Shown here piece after piece: positions 9,685-18,010 of a stretch of 64,000 nucleotides of DNA (the first letter of the stretch is position 1; every line of letters begins with the position of its first letter). The stretch is taken from NCBI GenBank assembly GCA_965207375.1, contig OZ242274.1, forward strand, positions 1,760,001 through 1,824,000. Reading direction: 5' to 3'. Under the pieces are notes generated by a model. That model was not told the DNA's origin, did not search any database, and saw nothing but the letters and a program-made list of their open reading frames with translations. Made by a program: the position numbers and the translations under genes. Source of the DNA: Nitrosopumilaceae archaeon (GTDB taxonomy: Archaea > Thermoproteota > Nitrososphaeria > Nitrososphaerales > Nitrosopumilaceae).

Positions 9685-10815
9685 TCAGGACATCTTTGCT
9701 AGGTCATCTAATCTATTATGTTTTCTCTGGGTCAGCTCACAATTCTGTGTTCTGTATTCTTCGTTGTTAGTCAGCATGTACCAAATTATCTCCAGCATGT
9801 GTCGCGCTACTGCAACCTTTGCCTTTTGTGCACCGTGTCTCTTTTTTATTCTCTCGTAGATTCTTTGCATTCTGGGATCATGCTGTATGGTTATTGTAGC
9901 TGCCTCAACTATGGCGTTTCTCATCCATACTGAACCCTCCTTTGTTATTCCTCCTCCTTTGTATGTGGATGCACTGTTACGGTGTGATGGTATTACGCCA
10001 CCTCCTGCAGCAAACTTTTCTGCAGTAGAATATCTTGTAATATCTACAAGCTCAGAAATTATTGTAAATGCTGTAATGTGTCTGATTCCTGGTATCGTCA
10101 TGAGCAGTTTTACTCTATCATCATCTTGTGCTATTTGTGCCATCTTTTGTTCTAGTTTGTTTACCTGTGCAATTGAAGTGTTTATGCATTCTAGATGTAT
10201 GTCCATTGACATGCGGTCTATTTCTGATATTGGCATACTTTCTAACCATTTCATTCCTTTTTTTGTAAACGCCCCATTGGTTGGGCACGTATAGTCATAT
10301 CTGGCAAGTATTGCATGGATTTTGTTTCTATGTCGTGCACCGTCTCGTTTGCATCCGCTTCTGGTTCTGACTAGATTCCTTAGATCTCTATAGTACTTGT
10401 TAGGTACAAAAGACTCGTATATCATGTCTGATTTTAATAAATCAGTTAGTATCTCAGAATCAAGCTTGTCGTCTTTTAGCTTGGCCTGTGCTATTATCTT
10501 CGTCTTTGCAGGATGTGCAAGTATTGTATCTATTCCCTCGTCTTCTAGCTTGTCATGTAATCTTATCCAATAGTTTGCAGTGGATTCACAGACTGCTCTT
10601 GCAGTGTCATTGTATGTTTCCTTTATGTGTTTGATAAAACCTGTTATGCCTTTTGTGTCGTTTGAAAATGTAATCTGTTCTAATTTCTTTTTGCTTTTAT
10701 CATTTTTTATGGTTGCAACACATTGTTTCTTGTGAACGTCTATTCCGATGTTGATGATATCATCACCTCCTTTTTGATCAAAATTTGTGGACTTGACCTT
10801 GCGGAATACTCCCAT
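9685..10815 (-). CDS. IS110-family DEDD recombinase/transposase (true start may be ~50 nt downstream)
   Basis: GIDVHKK, VCESTA, KDDKLDS (DEDD residues); LMTIPGI; HRNSAS (Tnp serine region); ITKEGS; KAKVAVAR. Confidence 0.95.
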   Translation of the reverse strand: MGVFRKVKSTNFDQKGGDDIINIGIDVHKKQCVATIKNDKSKKKLEQITFSNDTKGITGFIKHIKETYNDTARAVCESTANYWIRLHDKLEDEGIDTILAHPAKTKIIAQAKLKDDKLDSEILTDLLKSDMIYESFVPNKYYRDLRNLVRTRSGCKRDGARHRNKIHAILARYDYTCPTNGAFTKKGMKWLESMPISEIDRMSMDIHLECINTSIAQVNKLEQKMAQIAQDDDRVKLLMTIPGIRHITAFTIISELVDITRYSTAEKFAAGGGVIPSHRNSASTYKGGGITKEGSVWMRNAIVEAATITIQHDPRMQRIYERIKKRHGAQKAKVAVARHMLEIIWYMLTNNEEYRTQNCELTQRKHNRLDDLAKMS

Positions 10816-10911
10816 TCACCATTCATCAAAAACGTGGTATTTTGTTGTCCGCTTACTGTGAGCTAGTCTATTACTCACCTTCATACGAGGTATTGTTAAT
10901 TCAGCCCTCAG
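10801..10911 (-). ncRNA. Putative bridge/seek RNA (target-binding loop 10856-10911, donor-binding loop 10801-10852)
   Basis: Manually folded stems enclose AAUUAAC and GUAAUAGA, which match the two insertion flanks, and AUGGGA, which matches the circle junction. The true RNA ends are unknown. Confidence 0.75.
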
Positions 10912-10984
10912 ATCCAATATAATCAGTACGTAGCCGTAGGAGAAAAATTTTTCATATAACGTCTATTACGTAAACAAGCACGAA

Positions 10985-11510
10985 CCCTTGAGACCTATGC
11001 TGCCATGCGTCGTGTTTCATAAGTTGGCCTAAATGAGCTGATGTCTAATATTGCATCTTGCACCTGCAGATCAGGTGGTATGTCTCTTGGACTTGCAGTA
11101 TAGTACCGTGGCCTTTTTTGATACTACACAAAACTGTAGTGATTTATCTAGTCCTATGATATCACACGTGATAGACACTGCACTCATTTTTTGTCTTCCT
11201 CCAACGTTTTTTTTAAAGCGTCATTTGCCACTGCATACTCTCCTATTATCCTCTTAAGGGAGGAGATCTCTTTTTTGTGACGTTTGGCAAGCGATGATAT
11301 ATCAGAGTCGCTAAATGAGCTTTTGCCTGCTTTTAGGAACTTTTCCTTCCAGGCATAGACTGTTCTTGGTTGCAGGTTGTGCTGTCTGCATAATTCTGCC
11401 ATACTGGTTTCAGAGTTAAAGGTCTGTAACACGATACGTACCTTCTCATCTGTGCTCCATTTTGATTTTTTGTTCATATTTTGTATGGCCTCCTAGCGTG
11501 GTCCGCACCA
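10985..11510 (-). mobile_element. IS3-family remnant: intact OrfA (11184-11477) and degenerate OrfB start
   Basis: OrfA KWSTDEKVRIVL...AELCRQHNL....YAWK HTH; OrfB fragment RPTY*TRRMAA; probable TG end at 11510. Confidence 0.85.
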
Positions 11511-12728
11511 CTTTATCTGTTCTATTGTAAGCTTGTCGATTTTAACATTTGATGATTTTAATGCCTTTTTGGCTATTGCAGTATCGATACAAGCAGGAAC
11601 TTCAAGAATCTGGTTGGGTAGTTTTTTGTAGTTTTTAAAAAGATGTAAAATGGACAAAAGTTGGTTCGAAAAGGACTGATCCATGACTTCTGGAGGATGG
11701 CCTTCTGTGACTGCAAGATTTGCCACTCTGCCTTTTGATACCAGAAATATCGTCTTGTTATTTATGATACATTTGTCAAGACCAGGACGCATATTTTTGA
11801 CATATTGTGACCTGTGTAAAAGAAATTTTGCATCAACCTCAACATCAAAGTGACCCACATTGCCCACAACTGCGCCGTCCTTCATGGATTCAAAATGTCT
11901 TTTGGAAATCACATTAACCATTGCAGTACATGTAATGAAAATATCACCAATCTGTACAGCACGGTCCATCTGCATGACACCATATCCGTCCATGTGTGCC
12001 TCCAAGGCCCTGATTGGATCGACTTCGGTAACTATCACCCTTGCACCCATTGCCTTGCATCTTGATGCAACACCCTTTCCGACCCAGCCATAACCTGCCA
12101 CAACTACTTGTTTTGCAGCAAACAAAAGATTCATGGCACGAAGATAGCCATCAATCGTGCTCTGCCCTGTACCGTATCTATTATCAAATAGATGCTTTGT
12201 GGCAGCATCATTTACTGAAATAACCGGATAGCGCAGTTTGCAGGAATTTTGCAGTGCCTTTATTCTGTTTATTCCGGTGGTAGTCTCTTCGGTGGCACCA
12301 ATTATGTCCAGATCAGAAAATTCAGGATTTTTATGTATCATAATGCTAAGCTCTGCGCCATCATCAGTTACAATGTCAGGCCTTTGTTTGAGTACATTAT
12401 ACACGCACCAAGCAAACTCTTTTTGTGTCTGATTTGACCATCCAAAAACTGTAATTCCTCTAGATACCAAAAATGCTGCAACGTCATCCTGAGTCGTCAA
12501 CGGATTACCAGCTGATGCAACTACCCTAGCACCAAGCTCTTTTGCTCCAATTAACAGTACTGCAGTCTCTTTTGTCAACTGGAGACAAAATCCAAGCGTA
12601 AGACCGTAGAGCGGTTTTGATTTTTTAAGCCTGTGTATTGTATCATCTAAAATTTTCATATGCGCGCGTGCCCACTCGTAGGATAATTTGCCCTGCCTTG
12701 CTAATTTTGGATCTTTGATTTTACTCAG
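11493..12728 (-). CDS. ahcY: Adenosylhomocysteinase
   Basis: NPLTTQDDVAA, TEETTTG, KHLFDNRYGTGQS, GYGWVGKG, GHFDVE, GHPPEVMD. The frame extends upstream to CTG 12728 (SKIKDPKLARQGKLSYEWA). Confidence 0.95.
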   Translation of the reverse strand: MSKIKDPKLARQGKLSYEWARAHMKILDDTIHRLKKSKPLYGLTLGFCLQLTKETAVLLIGAKELGARVVASAGNPLTTQDDVAAFLVSRGITVFGWSNQTQKEFAWCVYNVLKQRPDIVTDDGAELSIMIHKNPEFSDLDIIGATEETTTGINRIKALQNSCKLRYPVISVNDAATKHLFDNRYGTGQSTIDGYLRAMNLLFAAKQVVVAGYGWVGKGVASRCKAMGARVIVTEVDPIRALEAHMDGYGVMQMDRAVQIGDIFITCTAMVNVISKRHFESMKDGAVVGNVGHFDVEVDAKFLLHRSQYVKNMRPGLDKCIINNKTIFLVSKGRVANLAVTEGHPPEVMDQSFSNQLLSILHLFKNYKKLPNQILEVPACIDTAIAKKALKSSNVKIDKLTIEQIKWCGPR

Positions 12729-12729
12729 T

Positions 12730-14166
12730 CTATTCGCCTTTCATTTCCTTACGGGATCTAAATTCAGGTACAATTCCTAAAGAATCATAATTGCCAGAAG
12801 AGCATGTAAAACACATAGAGTCCTTTGAAATTCCAACCGCATTGGCTAGATTTTGGGCATCATTATATCCTAAAAAGTCAGCACCAATATTTTGTCTGAC
12901 CATTTCGGTTAGCTGTTTTTCAGACATTTCAGTATCAGAAAAAGTTGCCAATTCTTGTCTGGATGGAAAGTCAATGCCTGCATAACACGGAAATTTAATT
13001 GGAGGATACGTAATTATCATGCTTATTTTTTTTGCCCCGGCTCTGCGCAACGCCTTGATAATGGCCTTTGAGCTTGTACCCCGGACAAGGCTGTCATCTA
13101 CAACTACGACGTGTCTGTCTTTGATTATTTCTCGAATTGGAATTATCCACCGGTTTATTTCAACACGGTCGCTTTGATGGGGTTCGATAAAACTCCTCAA
13201 CGGACCCTTTTTGCTGTATCTGTCCTTAAGCAATCCCTCATCAAAGGATACACCTAGCTGCTGGGCGTATCCTAATGCGGCAGGCCTTGCAGAGTCAGGT
13301 ACAGGAATTACCAAATCAGCATCATGTATTGGAAACTTTTTGGCAAGATATCTTCCAATGTTTTTTCGTGCAACGTAGATGTTTGTGCCCTCCATGTTAC
13401 TTGAGGGGTGCGCAAAATAGGTAAACTCAAATGAGCAGTGTGCACGAGAATTATCGTCTGAAAACTTTTCTGTTTCCATGCCTTTTTTGCTAAAACGAAT
13501 TAATTCACCCGGAGTCACGTTGCGCAGTAGCTGTGCACCTACAGCAGAAATGGCAGAAGATTCAGATGCCACAATATAGGTGTCATCAGATTCCTTGTGT
13601 CCTAACACCATTGGCCTAAATCCCTTGGGATCACGTGCAGCATAAACAGAATTATCGTCTGAAATAAACGTAAAACAGTACGAGCCTGCCATTTCGTCTT
13701 TTAAAATAGACAATGCCTTTCCCATTTTACCATTCTCAGATATTAAAGATACCAGACGTTGTGCAGCAACTAGGGTATCACTTGCATTTTGAGGAGTAAA
13801 CGAACATCCTCCAACAAGGTTTGAGAGCTCTTTGGCATTTGCAATTGTTCCATTATGTGCTATACATAGATCTTTTACCTTTAGCGGTTGTGCATTGTCT
13901 AGGGAGCTTCGTCCCATGGTGGAGTATCGGACATGCCCAATCACGCAAGGTGATGCATATTCTTCTGTAATTTTTTTAAATTCAGAGGAGGCTGCAGAAA
14001 CTAGACCCAGTCTTTTGATGGGTTCTTTGTTTGGAATTGCCAGACCCCAGGCCTCCTGTCCTCTATGCTGCAATGCGCGAAGTGCATCAATTGCCATAGG
14101 AATTACATTAGTTTCACTAAGACTGTATATTCCCACTACACCACAGTTTTCCTTTACCTTAGGCAT
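12730..14166 (-). CDS. purF: Amidophosphoribosyltransferase
   Basis: ENCGVVG, LQHRGQE, GHVRYST, HNG, VPDS, VVDDSLVRGTS. Confidence 0.97.
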   Translation of the reverse strand: MPKVKENCGVVGIYSLSETNVIPMAIDALRALQHRGQEAWGLAIPNKEPIKRLGLVSAASSEFKKITEEYASPCVIGHVRYSTMGRSSLDNAQPLKVKDLCIAHNGTIANAKELSNLVGGCSFTPQNASDTLVAAQRLVSLISENGKMGKALSILKDEMAGSYCFTFISDDNSVYAARDPKGFRPMVLGHKESDDTYIVASESSAISAVGAQLLRNVTPGELIRFSKKGMETEKFSDDNSRAHCSFEFTYFAHPSSNMEGTNIYVARKNIGRYLAKKFPIHDADLVIPVPDSARPAALGYAQQLGVSFDEGLLKDRYSKKGPLRSFIEPHQSDRVEINRWIIPIREIIKDRHVVVVDDSLVRGTSSKAIIKALRRAGAKKISMIITYPPIKFPCYAGIDFPSRQELATFSDTEMSEKQLTEMVRQNIGADFLGYNDAQNLANAVGISKDSMCFTCSSGNYDSLGIVPEFRSRKEMKGE

Positions 14167-16318
14167 GTAAAATCAGCTCCTCCAGCGATTTTAACCAGTC
14201 CGTACGTGCTTTATCAACGCTTATTCCAAATGAGGTATCCTTTGAGTTAAATCTTATCTGATCACCTTCAAAGATGCCCAAAATTCCATAATCTATCTTC
14301 TTTTTTGCAAGCATTTGGCTTGCACGGGATTTGTTTTTTTGACTTACAACTAGGATGTATCTGGAATGACTCTCAGAGAATAGTGTCTTGTCTACAGGTA
14401 GATTCTGGCCGGGTGCCTTGTCCAAACTGACACAGCAGCCAATTTCAGAGGTCATACACAGCTCAGATATTGCAACTGCCAATCCGCCTTTTGAGCAGTC
14501 ATGTGCATTTTGAACCAGCCCCCGTTTAATCAATGACAAAACAGCACTCATGTTGTTTTTTGATTTTACAAGGTCAACTGTAGGGCTCTTGCCCCCAATG
14601 AAACTATGAATATATTCATAATATTCAGAGCCTCCAAGCTCATCACAGGTATTGCCTACAAGAAATATTGCATCACCTGGCTCTGCTTTTTGTAGATAAG
14701 GTTTTTTGTCAATTAACCCCAAGACTCCAATTATAGGAGTAGGCTTGATTGGACCCTTTGGAGTTTCATTGTATAAACTCACCTTGCCGCCAACACAGGG
14801 AATTTTGAAAAACTTTGCAAAATCTGCAATGCCTTTGAGTGACTCTAAAAAGGTCCAAAAAATTTCCGGGTCTTGTGGGTTTCCAAACTGTAGGTGATCT
14901 ACCATGCCTATGGGTTTTGCACCGGTACACACTACATTTCTGCACGCCTCTTCAAAACAGCCAATGGCTCCCTGACGAGGATTAAGGTAACAGTGTTTTG
15001 GATTGCCATCAATTTTAACTGAAAGAAATTTTCCATTGTCCAGTCTTAGAACAGATGCATCTTGTCCGGGCTTTAGAATTGTTCTAATTCCTACCTCATG
15101 ATCATACTGTCCATAAATCCAGATTTTGCTTGCAATATTTGGTGATTGTAAAAGTCTAAGCAGTGTGTCTGCCAGATTTTTTGGGATCTCAAATTTTGGA
15201 TTTTTGTCTATATCATCTAGGTATTTTGGCCTGACAGATGGCATGTCTAGTAATTTGGCATTGGCAACTATTTTGGCAGGAAGACAAGCTAGTACCTTTT
15301 TGCCCCGTGTTATTTTCATGATATCATCAGAGGTTACACGTCCTATGACAGATAATTCAATCCGGTACTTTGCGCAAATCTTTTCTAGTTTTTTTAATTT
15401 TGGCCCATCAGTAATTACAAGCATTCGCTCCTGAGATTCAGAGATCATGATTTCATCATGATGCATTCCAGATTCCCTTGTGTGTACTGCATCAACATCT
15501 AAGGTAATGCCGATATTCATTGCATCTGCAGTCTCAGATACTGCACAAGAAAGACCTCCTCCACCCAAGTCCTTCATTGCCTTGATAAGTTTTTGATTTC
15601 TTGCCTCCAAGATGACCTCTATAATTAATTTTTCAATAAAGGGATCGGGAATTTGTACAGCAGAGCGGTCCTGTTCCTCCAGAGAATCTGAGGCAAATTG
15701 AGAACCACCTATCCCATCACGTCCCGTATATCCACCCAACAAGACAACATAGTCGCCGGCATCTGCATGATTTTTTATCAGATTCTCTTTTTTGCCAAAT
15801 CCAACAGATGCAACATCCACTAGAGCATAATTTGTATAACAGTCATCAAATTCAGTCTCACCGCCGATTGTAGGTATACCAAGACAGTTTCCATAATCTG
15901 CAATTCCAGTAACTGCATTTTTAAACAGCCATCTTGCATGTAGATCTTTTTCTATATCGCCAAAACGCAGTCCGTCAAGGATTGCAATTGGTCTAGTACC
16001 TGCAGATAAAATATCCCGAATTACACCTCCAACACCTGTAGCTGCACCACCGTAGGGCTCAACTGCAGAAGGATGATTGTGGCTTTCTATGTGTACCGTT
16101 ACTACATAACCGTCACCTACATCTAATACGCCAGAGTCATATCCCCGCTCGTTGATTACCAGAGTCCCATCCATGGGTAACATTTTCAAGTGTTTTTTAG
16201 AGGATTTGTAAGAGCAGTGTTCTGACCATTCAGCAGATATAATTTGCAATTCGGTAGAATTTGGATTGCGCTTAATTTTTGATTTAAGATAATCTAATTC
16301 CTGCGGGGTAAGACTCAT
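14159..16318 (-). CDS. purL: FGAM synthase large subunit
   Basis: WSEHCSYKSS, ESHNHPSAVEPYGGAATGVGG, DLGGGG, SESQERM. Confidence 0.97.
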   Translation of the reverse strand: MSLTPQELDYLKSKIKRNPNSTELQIISAEWSEHCSYKSSKKHLKMLPMDGTLVINERGYDSGVLDVGDGYVVTVHIESHNHPSAVEPYGGAATGVGGVIRDILSAGTRPIAILDGLRFGDIEKDLHARWLFKNAVTGIADYGNCLGIPTIGGETEFDDCYTNYALVDVASVGFGKKENLIKNHADAGDYVVLLGGYTGRDGIGGSQFASDSLEEQDRSAVQIPDPFIEKLIIEVILEARNQKLIKAMKDLGGGGLSCAVSETADAMNIGITLDVDAVHTRESGMHHDEIMISESQERMLVITDGPKLKKLEKICAKYRIELSVIGRVTSDDIMKITRGKKVLACLPAKIVANAKLLDMPSVRPKYLDDIDKNPKFEIPKNLADTLLRLLQSPNIASKIWIYGQYDHEVGIRTILKPGQDASVLRLDNGKFLSVKIDGNPKHCYLNPRQGAIGCFEEACRNVVCTGAKPIGMVDHLQFGNPQDPEIFWTFLESLKGIADFAKFFKIPCVGGKVSLYNETPKGPIKPTPIIGVLGLIDKKPYLQKAEPGDAIFLVGNTCDELGGSEYYEYIHSFIGGKSPTVDLVKSKNNMSAVLSLIKRGLVQNAHDCSKGGLAVAISELCMTSEIGCCVSLDKAPGQNLPVDKTLFSESHSRYILVVSQKNKSRASQMLAKKKIDYGILGIFEGDQIRFNSKDTSFGISVDKARTDWLKSLEELILHA

Positions 16319-16995
16319 TTTTGCACACCTGTAGATTCTAAAATGGATTCAAATATCATCGAGGACGGCCTGTGATCAGTGGGATTGATTTGTGCCTCTG
16401 CTGCACGTTCCGGATGAGGCATCATGCCCACAACGTTGCCTTCTTTGTTACAAACACCTGCTATTTTATCAGAAGAGCCGTTTGTTGCAGTCTCGTAACT
16501 AAAGACAATCTGATTGTTCTTTTTTAGCTCAGAAAGAGTTTTGACATCAACATAGTACCTGCCCTCACCATTAGCAATAGGAATTGGTATCTTTTGTTTG
16601 TGTCCTAGTTTGTTGGTAAATGGAGTACTGTTGTTTTCAACTATAATATTGGTCCATTGGCACATAAAATTCAAAGATGTGTTTTTGAGCAAGGCACCAG
16701 GTAAAATGCCAGACTCTACTAGAATCTGAAATCCGTTACATACTCCTAAAACCGGCATACCTTTTTCTGCCATTTTTTTGACATCTGAAATTACCGGGCT
16801 GTGTGCTGCAATTACCCCAGAGCGCAGCCTGTCACCATATGAAAAGCCACCCGGTAAAACTAGGGCATCAAGATTTTTGGGTAAAGAGTCCTCGTGCCAG
16901 AAATATTTTGTGTTAAAATGAAATACATCAGAGAGAACATGAAACATGTCACGATCACAATTGCTACCTGGAAAAACTACAACACCTACCTTCAC
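16315..16995 (-). CDS. purQ: FGAM synthase glutaminase subunit
   Basis: FPGSNCD, PGGFSYGD, GVCNGFQIL, MMPHPER. Confidence 0.97.
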   Translation of the reverse strand: MKVGVVVFPGSNCDRDMFHVLSDVFHFNTKYFWHEDSLPKNLDALVLPGGFSYGDRLRSGVIAAHSPVISDVKKMAEKGMPVLGVCNGFQILVESGILPGALLKNTSLNFMCQWTNIIVENNSTPFTNKLGHKQKIPIPIANGEGRYYVDVKTLSELKKNNQIVFSYETATNGSSDKIAGVCNKEGNVVGMMPHPERAAEAQINPTDHRPSSMIFESILESTGVQK

Positions 16996-17055
16996 AAAAA
17001 TACTGTACAGTCGATCTATTTAATTGAAATCTAGAAAAATAATTTTCTGATCGCA

Positions 17056-17316
17056 TCAGGCAGCCCGGACTGTAACAATTATTTGACTGACTAGGGGGTT
17101 GTAAATTCTTAATTCATCGCAGAGTTCTCGGATGACCTTTTGTGCTTTGAGGTTATCATGTTCATTTATGGTAAATTTGAGCATCTTGGCTGCTTTAACT
17201 TGGGAAACAGAGGAAAAATTACCCTTTAAAACCAAATCATTTAGAATTGTTGCCCCTTCAGGATCTGCAATTCCTGGCTTGTTCTCAATGATAACATCGA
17301 CGTTATAATCAGGCAT
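17056..17316 (-). CDS. purS: FGAM synthase PurS subunit
   Basis: KPGIADPEGATI...LCDELRIYNPLV; directly upstream of purQ. Confidence 0.92.
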   Translation of the reverse strand: MPDYNVDVIIENKPGIADPEGATILNDLVLKGNFSSVSQVKAAKMLKFTINEHDNLKAQKVIRELCDELRIYNPLVSQIIVTVRAA

Positions 17317-17622
17317 ATGTTTTGTAGATATATTGTGATTATAATTCTTGTCAAATGTTACAAAATTGAGTGTCTTTTGGATCTGAAAAAAACACATACA
17401 TAAACGGTACAGCTTTTTTACATTTGTCAGGTTCGTAAATGTCAGAGACTGATGCTACAAATTTTCAGGCTTTTTTGGTCGTAATAATTGGATTTGAATA
17501 TGGTAAATCTGTTCGTAATCTTATGTGCCACATTCAAGGAAATTAGATGATGATAGTCCAAGTTCTACAAGACTTCAAGCACCAATGCAAACAAACACAA
17601 AACCGTAAAATTGAAGGCATCT

Positions 17623-17735
17623 ATGGAGCCTTGTTTTGTCGGTCTAGACGTTTCACAAAAAGACCATTCAAATATCTATCATGGATACAGACGGCAATGA
17701 ACTAGCCAACAAAAAGATACAAAACAATCGATTCT
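17623..17735 (+). pseudogene. N-terminal fragment of a second IS110-family transposase
   Basis: MEPCFVGLDV, frameshift, then HKKTIQISIMDTDGNELANKKIQN. Confidence 0.7.
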
Positions 17736-17751
17736 TTAGTGTTAACTATTG

Positions 17752-17848
17752 GTGACAAGCAGAATATAATCTTCTCCGAATTGCCATTATTTCATCACAT
17801 GTAACTTTGATATTTGGATTTATTGTAAACAGTTAATGCTGAAGAATC
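17752..17848 (-). repeat. Fragment related to the 8311-8814 element (TIR plus internal segment)
   Basis: The reverse complement starts GATTCTTCAGCATTAACTGTT and then matches 8644-8710 (CAAAGTTACATGTG..ATGAAA.TAATGGCAA). Confidence 0.7.
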
Positions 17849-18010
17849 TTTAGATACTGCATAAGATAGAAAATGATGTTAATTTCTTGTAATAGATCAG
17901 TTCTGAAGTAACTTTGGTTTTTAGATGATCTACTAAAGTTCATACAAAATCAATTTATGGAAAAACACAAGGTGTTTGTAATATTTTTTGATAGTGTAAC
18001 TCTAGATAGA

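Larger units (their letters stand above)
9629..10963 (-). mobile_element. IS110-family element with sub-terminal inverted repeats and a 2-nt core (TC on + strand, GA on - strand)
   Basis: ATATGAAAAAT at 9631-9641 and ATTTTTCATAT at 10947-10957; GGCTACGT 9647-9654 and ACGTAGCC 10928-10935; TC at 9627-9628 and 10962-10963. Confidence 0.9.
9565..10981. repeat. MITE-like repeat copy split by the IS110 element (9565-9628 and 10964-10981)
   Basis: Left TIR GTGCTTGTTCAC at 9565 and right TIR GTAAACAAGCAC at 10970-10981; joining the halves rebuilds the 82-bp repeat. Confidence 0.88.
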
